Notes: generated by a model from the letters alone, not told the origin. Numbered from the stretch's first letter, positions 7,080-16,340 are shown. The stretch: DNA of 20,000 nt from an uncultured virus (IMG/VR IMGVR_UViG_3300020045_012925) (IMGVR_UViG_3300020045_012925), one strand, 5' to 3'. Program-made: numbers and translations.

Positions 7080-7389
7080 GAAACTTAGGATAGGCTAAGA
7101 TTGTTATTTGAAACTCCCTGGCACAATACTTGCTGTTGATTTTTTATCAAAAATGGCCCTTTCGCCCCTTTTGCCTTGTAATATATTACTGTCTAATCGC
7201 CCATTTTCGTTATTTTCACCAATTAATCACTCTTCCAAATTATAGAAAATCTCTACAATTACTGGATTTTTACATATTATAAGGTTTATTAATCTTTACA
7301 GAGTAACAAATCAATTCCTATTTACAAATTATAATGGTTAATAATTAGCTGGATTACATAATTGAGACGGATTTCAAGATATGTGGATC

Positions 7390-7745
7390 GGGCGAAGCCC
7401 CCCCCCCGTTTGTGAAAGGTTGACTGTAGGTGGTGCCTGGTCTGGTTCTGGTGGTTATGGTTTTGTTTGTTCCATTGTGCCTGGTATGGTCCTGTTTCCC
7501 GGGTATAGGGTGCCTGTGCCTGGTCCAGGGTAAGGCTATTAAGGGCGAAGCCCTTGCCATTGGCTTTATCATTATATAAAGGGATTGTTTCAGGTGGAAC
7601 AGGGTAAGGCTGTTTTAGGGCTTTAGAAGGGTGAAGGGTGAAGGGGCTATAATGGTATACGTTAATGGTCAAAGGGCGTGAAATAGGCTATTAATGGCTT
7701 TAAATCAAACAGCCTGTCCCTGTGCCTGGGTGGCCTGTTCCTAAA
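7390..7745 (+). repeat. Second G-rich GCCTG/GGTAAGG region with two GGGCGAAGCCC hairpins
   Basis: Hairpins at 7390-7400 and 7541-7555; GTGCCTG/GCCTG repeats; GGTAAGG at 7529 and 7603. Confidence 0.65.
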
Positions 7746-7746
7746 T

Positions 7747-7787
7747 AAAAAAGCCCGCCTGACCCTGGGAAGGATCAAACAGGCTTT
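7747..7787 (-). terminator. Intrinsic terminator
   Basis: Minus strand AAAGCCTGTTTGATCCT-TCCC-AGGGTCAGGCGGGC-TTTTTT, 22 nt after the stop of 7810-8298. Confidence 0.85.
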
Positions 7788-7809
7788 ATCCGGTTTACTG
7801 TTTAAACTG

Positions 7810-8298
7810 TTATGCCATAATCTGGCTTATTTCATTCGGATAAACCATAGTCAACAAAGTTCTGATTTCTTCATCTGATTTTCCTTGTGACCGTAAAACG
7901 GTCAACATAACCGTTCCGGCCTTAATATTCGCCTGTGCCTGAATATCAGATACGGTAACTTTCATTTGTGGCCTGGTCATAATTTCCCAGCCGAAGGCAT
8001 CCACTTGCTTTTGGCCCATTCCATTTGACCATGTTTCAGTTTTTTTGCAGGCCTTAAATCTGGCCCGGCAATCAATAACATGTTTTTGGATACCTTTCTG
8101 TAATACCGAATGTAGGCATCCTGTCTTCCTGGCCCAATCTACCAAATTATCTTCGTCTTCAAATTGTTTGGATGAAGGGAATTGTTCTCTTGGTAAAAAA
8201 TGCTTTTGCATCTTCGGCACCTGGCCGGGCACACTTGTTTCTGTTTCCAGGGTATCTAACAATGTAAAGATTGACTGACTTGTTTTTTCGGTTTCCAT
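7810..8298 (-). CDS. Isolated hypothetical protein, 162 aa (start moved to METEK)
   Basis: AAAGGAG SD before the ATG at 8298; flanked by its own promoters and terminator. Confidence 0.8.
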   Translation of the reverse strand: METEKTSQSIFTLLDTLETETSVPGQVPKMQKHFLPREQFPSSKQFEDEDNLVDWARKTGCLHSVLQKGIQKHVIDCRARFKACKKTETWSNGMGQKQVDAFGWEIMTRPQMKVTVSDIQAQANIKAGTVMLTVLRSQGKSDEEIRTLLTMVYPNEISQIMA

Positions 8299-8343
8299 TT
8301 TTAATTCTCCTTTGATTAATGTTTTTGACTTCACCTAACTATT

Positions 8344-8372
8344 ATACTAATCCAAACAGTTAAGTTTGTCAA
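8344..8372 (-). promoter_or_regulatory. Sigma70-type promoter P2
   Basis: TTGACA-17 nt-TAGTAT, overlapping a TATAAT. Confidence 0.7.
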
Positions 8373-8411
8373 ATGGTTTGTTATTCATAAATTTTAAAAG
8401 ACTAAAACTTT

Positions 8412-8439
8412 TGAATAACCCAAATCTATTTGTTATTCA
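8412..8439. promoter_or_regulatory. Inverted repeat TGAATAAC-N12-GTTATTCA (operator-like)
   Basis: Arms at 8412-8419 and 8432-8439; a third half-site at 8380-8387. Confidence 0.55.
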
Positions 8440-8446
8440 TGGTTTC

Positions 8447-8475
8447 ATTATCTCAAAACTTTTCCGGTTTGTCAA
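8447..8475 (-). promoter_or_regulatory. Sigma70-type promoter P1
   Basis: TTGACA-17 nt-GATAAT with extended TG. Confidence 0.75.
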
Positions 8476-8770
8476 GATTTATTTTTCTATAACTTTTTGT
8501 TGTCCCTAACTTTTGTGTCCCTGTTCTGGTATGGCTGTACATATTCCTTGAGTATACCATATTGGTGTAATGGATGCCTCGGTTCTATATAACAGTATAC
8601 CTTTTTTATATACATTTTTGGAATTTCATATTTTAAATGCCGGCATATTTTATTGGAATCCAGTTATTTTAAATGCCAATAATTTAGTGAAAAGAATAAG
8701 TTTGAACCATTCAAGATTTATTGTTTCCAAGATTAGTTGTATCCCGGTGAGTTATAATAAATAATGTTTT

Positions 8771-8785
8771 GTTCACACCATGAAC
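8771..8785. promoter_or_regulatory. Palindromic box GTTCA-N5-TGAAC (copy 2)
   Basis: GTTCACACCATGAAC, upstream of the rightward promoter. Confidence 0.6.
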
Positions 8786-8871
8786 GGGCCATTATTATAT
8801 AGCCGGGCCGGGAATATGAATGCCGGCAAAAGTTACCAAATAAACCTTTTTGCCACAATCAATATTTACCC

Positions 8872-8900
8872 TTGACACCTATATTTATCCCATATAAAAT
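8872..8900 (+). promoter_or_regulatory. Sigma70-type promoter for the packaging/structural operon
   Basis: TTGACA-17 nt-TAAAAT. Confidence 0.8.
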
Positions 8901-8950
8901 ATAGTAACATACAAAAATTTATTCTTACCTTTTATATAGGCAAACTTCCT

Positions 8951-9562
8951 GTGGCACAAAACACTTCTCAATATTCCAAATTAAAGGAGCTAAAAACTCA
9001 GCATAGAACCATATGCCAAATGTCTTTCAATGGGTTTACTAATAACGAAATCTCCGAAAAGATGGGCATGTCGACGTGCACGATATCTTGTATTCTTCGC
9101 AGCCCATTAGGGGAAGCCTACATTAGTGGTTTACATGATCGAGTGCAAGAACAAACAATTGACGTGCGCAAGCAATTGATTGGAATGAATAAGGATGCCT
9201 TATCAGCTATAAGTCGAATACTCGATCCGAAACAAAAAGCTCCGTTTAATGTTCAATTAACCGCTGCAAAAGATGTATTGGATCGCAATGGTTATAAAGC
9301 TCCAGATCGCATTAACGTAGACATGTTTGTACAAAAAACTGATTTAGAAATTGATGCAGAAATAGCAGCTATGGAAGCAGCTATAGCAAGAACTCAACAT
9401 AAGTCATCAGATATCGTTCCTCCTAATGATGAAATAATGCCTAATAATAATTCATTCAAAGTATCCGCTTTAGCTGCTTCCATTCCACTTGACATACCTG
9501 AAGAAGTATCCACAAAGTTAAATGATCCTTCTTTTGATCCATTCAAAAATATTGAGTTATAA
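8951..9562 (+). CDS. terS: Terminase small subunit (HTH-containing)
   Basis: HTH GFTNNEISEKMGMSTCTIS; AAKDVLDRNGYK motif; directly upstream of TerL. Confidence 0.75.
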   Translation: MAQNTSQYSKLKELKTQHRTICQMSFNGFTNNEISEKMGMSTCTISCILRSPLGEAYISGLHDRVQEQTIDVRKQLIGMNKDALSAISRILDPKQKAPFNVQLTAAKDVLDRNGYKAPDRINVDMFVQKTDLEIDAEIAAMEAAIARTQHKSSDIVPPNDEIMPNNNSFKVSALAASIPLDIPEEVSTKLNDPSFDPFKNIEL

Positions 9563-9564
9563 CT

Positions 9565-11034
9565 ATGCCTGATTTATCCACTATGAGCAGGGATGAAAAA
9601 GAGCATTATCTAAAATTACTGAAAACCAAAAACATTAGGTTAAAGCAAAATAAGATAGCTCAATTCTTTCCTGAAGACGGTCCACTTAGTAGGCACAACT
9701 ATCCCAAGCATATGGAATTCTTTCGGGCAGGCAAGAAATTTCCCCAGCGCTGTATCATGGCAGCAAACCGAATAGGAAAGTCAGAATCAATCGGCGCGTA
9801 TGAAACTACTTGTCACCTCACAGGAAGATATCCTAATTGGTGGGAGGGAATCCGCTTCAATCGGCCGATAAATTGCTGGGTAGCGGGAACTACTGGAACA
9901 ACAGCCCGAGACATTGTACAATACAAACTAATCGGGCCACCTGAAGAATTTGGAACAGGTTTAATCCCTGAGAAATACATAATCAAGACAACACCAAAAG
10001 CCGGCGGTGTACCAAATGCAGTAGACACAATATTAATCAAGCATATTTCAGGTGGTATGAGCAGATGCAAAATTAAGTCCTATGCTGAAGGTAGGAAGTC
10101 ATTTGAAGGTACAGAGCAAGATTTAATTTGGCTTGATGAAGAATGTCCCATAGACATATACACTGAATGCCTTACTCGAACAATGACAACTAACGGATTA
10201 ATTATGTTAACATTCACCCCGTTAGAAGGTATGACTGAGACGGTTTTACAATTCATGCCGGATGGTCAATTGATAGAAAACCAATCAGGTGGTAAGTGCC
10301 TAATCACTGCTACTTGGGATGATGCTCCACACCTAACTAAATTACAGAAAGAAACCCTTTACAATGCCTTACCGCCTCATCAGCGAGAAGCAAGATCAAA
10401 GGGTGTTCCTCAATTAGGCTCAGGTGCAATTTATCCAATTCTCGAATCAAATATTACTGTAGAAGATTTTGCCATTCCCAAACATTGGCTTCACTGTTAT
10501 GCTATGGATGTCGGCTGGAATAGAACTGCAGCAATTTGGGCAGCCACAGATCCTACGACAAAAATAACTTATTTATATTCCGAATATTATCAAGGTAACG
10601 CTGAACCGATTATCCACGCTGAAGGAATAAAATCCAGAGGTGCTTGGATACCCGGAGTGATTGATCATGCCGCGCATGGACGCAGTCAAGTAGATGGACA
10701 AAACCTTTTTGACATTTATTACAATTTGGGTTTAGACATATCTAATGCAAACAAAGCTGTCGAAGCTGGCATATACACCGTGTGGCAATTATTATCTACA
10801 AACAGACTAAAAGTTTTTCGTTCTCTCGGTTGTTGGTTTACAGAGTTCAGGCAATATTGCCGGGATGTGGATGGAAAAATAATGAAGAAGAACGACCACC
10901 TGATGGACTGTACAAGGTATTTGATTATGTCAGGTTTGGATCGTGCAATATCTCGACCATATTGGGAATTCGAAGCTTGGGAAGAAAGTGATATATCATC
11001 AACGCGTGAATGTAACGCAATTACTGGATATTAA
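9565..11034 (+). CDS. terL: Terminase large subunit (P22 gp2-like)
   Basis: Walker A MAANRIGKS, Walker B LIWLDEE, coupling motif LTFTP, nuclease AMDVGW...NDHLMDCTRY. Confidence 0.97.
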   Translation: MPDLSTMSRDEKEHYLKLLKTKNIRLKQNKIAQFFPEDGPLSRHNYPKHMEFFRAGKKFPQRCIMAANRIGKSESIGAYETTCHLTGRYPNWWEGIRFNRPINCWVAGTTGTTARDIVQYKLIGPPEEFGTGLIPEKYIIKTTPKAGGVPNAVDTILIKHISGGMSRCKIKSYAEGRKSFEGTEQDLIWLDEECPIDIYTECLTRTMTTNGLIMLTFTPLEGMTETVLQFMPDGQLIENQSGGKCLITATWDDAPHLTKLQKETLYNALPPHQREARSKGVPQLGSGAIYPILESNITVEDFAIPKHWLHCYAMDVGWNRTAAIWAATDPTTKITYLYSEYYQGNAEPIIHAEGIKSRGAWIPGVIDHAAHGRSQVDGQNLFDIYYNLGLDISNANKAVEAGIYTVWQLLSTNRLKVFRSLGCWFTEFRQYCRDVDGKIMKKNDHLMDCTRYLIMSGLDRAISRPYWEFEAWEESDISSTRECNAITGY

Positions 11035-11037
11035 TAA

Positions 11038-13152
11038 ATGGCTATGTTAGAAGAAAATCTTGATCCTTCCCAGCTTGTTATGGAACCACAATCCGAGGGA
11101 ATGCCGAATATTTGGGCAGAAGAAACTCCAGTAGAAGACATAATCAATCCGCCTGCACAAGATATGGATATCGACATTAAGGTTGAAGAAGAACTTTTGT
11201 CTGCTGAAGCAATGTTGATGCTAACAAATCTTGCAGACAAACAATCTAAGGAAGTAATCACCGATCTGACGACCAAAGTATTTGAAGGATATAAAATTGA
11301 TTTAGATTCCCGAACTGAATGGGAAGAACTAAATAAGCAGATCATTGATCTTATAAAGCTCTTAGTAAAGAAGAAAACATACGCTGGTGATGTTGTAGCG
11401 AATATTAAGTATCCCCTAATCACCAATGCATGTATTCAATTTGCAGCTCGGGCATATCCTGAAATAATAAAAGGTAATGATGTTGTAAAAGGTAAAGTAA
11501 TTGGCAATGATCCTAATGGCCTAAAGTTTGATCGCGCCCAAAGAATTTCTAACTTCATGTCCTATCAGGTTCTCAATGATATGGAAGATTGGGAAGAAGG
11601 TGTGGATCAGTTATTATTTACTTTACCTGCAATAGGTTGCGCGTTCAAAAAAACTTACTTTGATGCAATTGAGAAGCAGCACGTATCTAAGATGATATTC
11701 GCTGACGATTTGGTTGTAAATTATTTTACTCCATCAATTGATCGGGCTCCCAGAATTACTCATCGCATATATCTTTATCAAAACGAAATAGTTAGTCGCA
11801 TAAATTCCGGGATGTTTACAAAGTTTGATGTGGCCGAATTAGGTCAGGCAACTTCAGAATCAGGTCAGGCAGACGATGAAACACCACATTTATTTTTGGA
11901 ACAACATCGCTGGTATGATTTAGACAAAGATGGTTATCAAGAACCTTATGTTGTTACAGTCCATTATGAAACACAAAGATTAGTTAGGATTGTTCCAAGA
12001 TTTGCTTCAGATGGAATTATTCGCGCTGACAATGGTAAGATTATAAAAATTAATCCAGAGCAATATTTTACCAGGTTCTTATTTATGCCGGCCATAGATG
12101 GTGGATTTTATGGTATGGGCTTTGGAAGTTTATTACTTAGTACAAACTCCGCAGTAAACACCATAACCAATCAATTATTAGACTCTGGAACATTATCAAA
12201 TCGGCAGTCAGGATTCCTTGGTAGGGGATTACGATTAACTAAAGGCAAATCAATTCAGCTTGGTGTTGGAGAATGGAAGCCAGTAGAATCCACTGGGGAT
12301 GATATTCGTAAGAACGTTTTCCCAATGCCGGTACGCGAACCAAGTCCTGTATTATTCCAGTTGTTAGGTATGCTAATCGATGCTGGTAAAGAATTATCCG
12401 GCATGACTGAAATATTATCCGGTCAAAGTCCAGGCGCTAATGTGCCTGCTGAATCTGTTTTGGCATTAATCGAACAAGGCTTGCAAGTATATTCTGCCAT
12501 CCATAAACGGATTCATAGATCACAATATAAAGAGTTTCAAAAGTTAAGAAGGTTAAATGCTCTTTATTTGGATCAAATGTTTTATAGCTCCGTATTAGAT
12601 GATGAAGCTGCTATTGTGCAGTCTGACTTTTTTGCAAAAGATTTTGATATTGTACCTGTATCAGATCCTAACTCTACCACAATGATGCAGCGCATACTTA
12701 AAGCTAAGGCCATGTTAGAATTAAGGGGCCAGGGATTAAATGATCAAGAAATCCTCAAGCGTTATCTATTATCCATGGATATTGAAGATATTGATATGAT
12801 CATACCTAAGGAAGAACAAGAAAATCCGATGGAGCAATTATCTTTGCAGAAACTCCAATTAGAGCTGGAAGAACTTTCAAGTAAGATTAAAAATTTGGAT
12901 GCAGATACTGAGTTGATATTGGCAAAAGTTCAGACTGAATCAATAGAGCCTGATAGAAAACTTTCGGGCATTACCAATGACAAGGATAAACTAACCTTAC
13001 AGGGACTGTCTGCATTTAATCAGATGCAACATAATGATAAAAAGTTAGGATTAGAAGATAAGAAAATCGGCGTTCAACAAGTGAACAAGATTAATCAAAA
13101 TACAAACTTTATGAAAAGAGAATACGGTTTAGAAACTAATAATCAGGAATAA
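11038..13152 (+). CDS. Portal protein
   Basis: 704 aa directly after TerL; YPLITNACIQFAARAYPE, FYGMGFG..L, NQLLDSGTLSN motifs; C-terminal coiled coil. Confidence 0.92.
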   Translation: MAMLEENLDPSQLVMEPQSEGMPNIWAEETPVEDIINPPAQDMDIDIKVEEELLSAEAMLMLTNLADKQSKEVITDLTTKVFEGYKIDLDSRTEWEELNKQIIDLIKLLVKKKTYAGDVVANIKYPLITNACIQFAARAYPEIIKGNDVVKGKVIGNDPNGLKFDRAQRISNFMSYQVLNDMEDWEEGVDQLLFTLPAIGCAFKKTYFDAIEKQHVSKMIFADDLVVNYFTPSIDRAPRITHRIYLYQNEIVSRINSGMFTKFDVAELGQATSESGQADDETPHLFLEQHRWYDLDKDGYQEPYVVTVHYETQRLVRIVPRFASDGIIRADNGKIIKINPEQYFTRFLFMPAIDGGFYGMGFGSLLLSTNSAVNTITNQLLDSGTLSNRQSGFLGRGLRLTKGKSIQLGVGEWKPVESTGDDIRKNVFPMPVREPSPVLFQLLGMLIDAGKELSGMTEILSGQSPGANVPAESVLALIEQGLQVYSAIHKRIHRSQYKEFQKLRRLNALYLDQMFYSSVLDDEAAIVQSDFFAKDFDIVPVSDPNSTTMMQRILKAKAMLELRGQGLNDQEILKRYLLSMDIEDIDMIIPKEEQENPMEQLSLQKLQLELEELSSKIKNLDADTELILAKVQTESIEPDRKLSGITNDKDKLTLQGLSAFNQMQHNDKKLGLEDKKIGVQQVNKINQNTNFMKREYGLETNNQE

Positions 13153-13168
13153 TTAGAAAGGAATAATA

Positions 13169-13587
13169 ATGGAAAAATTCATTAGTATAGCTATGGTTGA
13201 AGCTTTTGAAATGTCTCGTAAAGATTATAATATTTATCGTGGTTGGGAATTACCTAAAGATGAAAATGGAGATGATAAAGGATATCTTGTAGAACTTTTC
13301 AATGTAGGCAAATCAAATCATCCTGATCATGAGGGATATATTTCTTGGAGTCCAAAAGAAGTTTTTGAAAAAATGTATCGTAAAGCTGAAGGTATATAGA
13401 TAAAAGCGTATGTAGAACTGGCTGGAATGGAAAAGGTATGTATATTTATCTTGATAAGATTATGCAGCTTGATAAAGAACCTATTTGTCCCTTTATTTCA
13501 ATGCACAATGCCCAAGGTGAATGTCAACCAGGCTGGCTTGCATCCCAGGCTGATATTTTAGCAGAAGATTGGATTATATTAAATTAA
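13169..13587 (+). pseudogene. Frameshift-split two-domain gene with a C-terminal DUF2829/Tad2-like domain
   Basis: 13169-13399 encodes YRGW...GYLVE...SWSPKEVFE. A different frame, 13399-13587, encodes VCRTGWNGKGMYIYL...GWLASQADILAEDW, the DUF2829 signature. Confidence 0.8.
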
Positions 13588-13589
13588 AA

Positions 13590-13802
13590 ATGAAAAAACA
13601 AATACGCATAAGTATTTCTCAAGATGAATTAACATCAATTCCATGCAAGGCTATAGAAGCCTTTTTAATTGGCAAATTATCCTCTGCTGGCATACCAGTT
13701 GAAGGTATAATCTTATTCGGTGGCGTATCAACTGGCAGACTAACATGCTGGGAGAGCTTATCCGATAAAAAGGTTAACTACTTATGGGAATATGACGCAT
13801 GA
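13590..13802 (+). CDS. Hypothetical protein, 70 aa (start moved to MKKQIR)
   Basis: ATG lies 2 nt after the stop at 13587; ATGA overlap with the next gene. Confidence 0.7.
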   Translation: MKKQIRISISQDELTSIPCKAIEAFLIGKLSSAGIPVEGIILFGGVSTGRLTCWESLSDKKVNYLWEYDA

Positions 13803-14041
13803 TTATTACTCCAGAAGCATTTGCCGAATGGCAAGCACATCCTGTGACAAGAGAAATTATCGGAGCAATAAAATCTTCGAAGCAAACCTTAATGGAAAGC
13901 TTTGCTAATGGTGTAACATTATCCCAATCCGCGGATATAACACATGGTTTGACGCACAAATTAGTTGGTCAAATAGAAGGTTTGAACCAATTATTAAATA
14001 TTACAATAGATAACGATGTAAAGGAATCAGAAAATGAATGA
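13799..14041 (+). CDS. Small head-module hypothetical protein
   Basis: F.EW..HPVT motif; lies between portal and GroES. Confidence 0.75.
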   Translation: MIITPEAFAEWQAHPVTREIIGAIKSSKQTLMESFANGVTLSQSADITHGLTHKLVGQIEGLNQLLNITIDNDVKESENE

Positions 14042-14345
14042 AGCAAAAATAATGCCTACAGGCGGGCATGTGTTAATTAAACCTAATAAGGTAGAAGAAG
14101 TAACTAAGGGCGGAATAATTTTGACGCAAACTACTCGGGATTCTGAACAGGCAGCCGCTACACTGGGTCAAGTAATAACTATCGGACCTAATGCTTGGAA
14201 AGATATCGATGATGGTCTTCCATGGTGTAAGGAAGGAGATAAAGTTAGTTATGCCAAATATGCCGGAGTATCCATGCTCGGGGCAGACAAAGAAAATTAT
14301 GTCCTCATAAATGATACTGACATTTTAGCAGTTTTAGATTTTTAA
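14034..14345 (+). CDS. groES: Co-chaperonin GroES (Cpn10)
   Basis: PTGGHVLIK, mobile loop EEVTKGGIIL, GDKVSYAKYAG, DILAV. Confidence 0.95.
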   Translation: MNEAKIMPTGGHVLIKPNKVEEVTKGGIILTQTTRDSEQAAATLGQVITIGPNAWKDIDDGLPWCKEGDKVSYAKYAGVSMLGADKENYVLINDTDILAVLDF

Positions 14346-14359
14346 CTTAGGGGAAGATT

Positions 14360-15277
14360 ATGATTGAAGAATTTATTACAGATATCATTGCAGCCTCTAC
14401 AGTAGAGGAACCAGCCAAGGCTGAAGAAACCCAAATAAATGTACAATCAAAAGAAGCAGAAACTACAACAATAAACGATACTCCAAATAATCTTGATAAC
14501 CAACAATCCGATGTTTCAGTAGAATCTTTAGCAAAACAACTCGGATGGACTCCAGATCATAAGGGAGACTCATATGTCGATGCGGCTACTTATATTTTAA
14601 AGTCCCGCGATATTCAGGCTTCTATGAAAGATCACAATAAAGATCTTAAAAATCAACTCTCAACCATGCAGGGTTCCATAGAAGCTTTAAAGATTCACAA
14701 TGAACGCGTATACAAAACTGAACTTACTCGTCTCCAGCAAGAATTAAAAGAATTAACCCAGAAGAAAAAAGCTGCCGTCGAACTTGCTGATGTAGATACT
14801 GTAGATCAATTAGATGCTCAAATCGATTCTGTTAAACAATCAATTAATGAGCCTGTACCTCAAACAGTATCTACAACTAATCCGGTTTTTGATGAATGGA
14901 TTAAAGACAATTCCTGGTATTTAACTGATACTGAAATGGCAGGTTATGCTGATCAGATAGCTCAGCAATATATAGGCGCGCCACCAGATCGGATTTATAA
15001 AGCAGTTAGAAATAAAGTGGCTGAAATTTGGCCTGAAAAGTTTGAACCTTCCAAATCAGATAAAACAACCCAAGGTAAGCTTAATGAATTAAATCAAACA
15101 AAACTAATTGGGCCGGCAAGTCCAGTAGAAGGTGCATCACATACAAAAACCTCAGCTAAGTTTACTAAGGCAGATTTAACGCCTGAACAAATTTCAATTA
15201 TGAAACAATTTACTGGCGCAGGAATAATGACTGAAGACCAGTATATAAATGATATTGCAAAATTACAGGGAGCCTAA
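14360..15277 (+). CDS. Putative capsid scaffolding protein
   Basis: Acidic N-terminus, AKQLGW motif, long coiled coil, W...NSWY; position before the capsid genes. Confidence 0.75.
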   Translation: MIEEFITDIIAASTVEEPAKAEETQINVQSKEAETTTINDTPNNLDNQQSDVSVESLAKQLGWTPDHKGDSYVDAATYILKSRDIQASMKDHNKDLKNQLSTMQGSIEALKIHNERVYKTELTRLQQELKELTQKKKAAVELADVDTVDQLDAQIDSVKQSINEPVPQTVSTTNPVFDEWIKDNSWYLTDTEMAGYADQIAQQYIGAPPDRIYKAVRNKVAEIWPEKFEPSKSDKTTQGKLNELNQTKLIGPASPVEGASHTKTSAKFTKADLTPEQISIMKQFTGAGIMTEDQYINDIAKLQGA

Positions 15278-15279
15278 TC

Positions 15280-15687
15280 ATGGTAGACCAAACCAATATA
15301 GAAAAGCCAAGTGCTAACAATAGGAAACGTGTTCCACTTGGGACAAGAAATGTATTAACTGCACCGAAGAAATCCGGATTCGTGCGCCGATATGTAAATG
15401 ATGAGCCAGATCGTATTCAAATGTTCAAAGATGCTGGCTACGTTGTAGTGGATGAAAACTTACCAGTAGGTGATCCTAAAATCGGACAGGCTTCAAGCTT
15501 GGGAAGCATTACAAATCCATCTGTAGGTGGAGGAAAGAAGGCTATACTTATGGAAATTAAACAGGAATATTATGATGAAGACCAAGCTGCTAAGGTTGCC
15601 AAGATTAAGAAGATCGAAGATGAGATGAAACGCAATACTCGTCCCAGTTCCGATGCAGAGAACTTTGGTAAAGTTTCAATTTCTTAA
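15280..15687 (+). CDS. Head-module hypothetical protein
   Basis: GFVRRYVND...AGY..V motif; position between scaffold and capsid genes. Confidence 0.75.
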   Translation: MVDQTNIEKPSANNRKRVPLGTRNVLTAPKKSGFVRRYVNDEPDRIQMFKDAGYVVVDENLPVGDPKIGQASSLGSITNPSVGGGKKAILMEIKQEYYDEDQAAKVAKIKKIEDEMKRNTRPSSDAENFGKVSIS

Positions 15688-15717
15688 CTAATTTTATTTA
15701 TTTTATGGAGTTTTATT

Positions 15718-16305
15718 ATGGCAAATTCTGATGCTCCGTCCGGATTTAAACCAGTTAAACATTTAAATGGTAATCCCTGGAACGGAAAAGTAAATGTGTA
15801 TTATATTCCAGCTACTGATGGTACGGCCACTTTCATCGGTGATGCTGTTAAGTCTGCTGGATCAGCTACTTCCGATGGCTTATATCCTACTGTGGCTCAG
15901 GCTGCTGCTGGAGATGCTATTCGAGGTATTGTAATAGGATTTTCTGATCAACCTTATATTTCTGTTAATACAGATAATTTGAATGAAAAATATCGTGCAG
16001 CTTCTGTGGCCAGATATGCTTTTGTTGTAGATGATCCGGATGTAATTTTTGAAGTTCAAGAAGATAGTGATGGTGGTTCTATCGCTGCAGCTTCTGTAGG
16101 TTTATCTTGTGATTTTGTTGTAGGTTCTGGATCTACTGTTACAGGCAAATCTGCGATGGAAGTTGATTCTTCTGATGTAGGAACTGCTGCCGGGCAGTTT
16201 AAACTTTTGCGGGTCTCAAATAAAGTTGGGAATGAACTTGGTAATTATTGCAAATGGGAAGTATTGTTCCGCGAACATGAAATGCTGGCAGCTACTGACG
16301 TTTAA
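15718..16305 (+). CDS. Putative capsid cement/decoration protein
   Basis: MANSDAPSGFKP...FIGDAV...VVDDPDVIFEVQ; Ala/Gly/Ser-rich; directly before the major capsid gene. Confidence 0.7.
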   Translation: MANSDAPSGFKPVKHLNGNPWNGKVNVYYIPATDGTATFIGDAVKSAGSATSDGLYPTVAQAAAGDAIRGIVIGFSDQPYISVNTDNLNEKYRAASVARYAFVVDDPDVIFEVQEDSDGGSIAAASVGLSCDFVVGSGSTVTGKSAMEVDSSDVGTAAGQFKLLRVSNKVGNELGNYCKWEVLFREHEMLAATDV

Positions 16306-16340
16306 TTAATTTCAGTAACTACAATTAAGGAGATATTAAA

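Noticed and set aside
6220..7672. ORFs 6220-6507, 7322-7672, 7354-7572
   Set aside because: Pro/His/Thr-rich translations expected from the C-rich minus strand, with no convincing SD; two begin at TTG.
858..8278. Plus-strand ORFs 858-1052, 3150-3455, 4467-4793, 5201-5587, 8045-8278
   Set aside because: Antisense shadows of minus-strand genes that have good SD sites.
8570..8764. 64-aa plus-strand ORF
   Set aside because: Lies upstream of the rightward promoter, overlaps degenerate repeats, and has only a weak SD.
6000..8950. tRNA or known structured ncRNA in the non-coding region
   Set aside because: No cloverleaf, T-loop consensus or Rfam-like motif recognised by eye; a covariance-model search would be needed to exclude one.
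13390..13401. TAG readthrough, recoded genetic code or programmed -1 frameshift
   Set aside because: The downstream domain is in another frame, there is no slippery heptamer, a conserved helix is missing, and the long genes are intact in the standard code.
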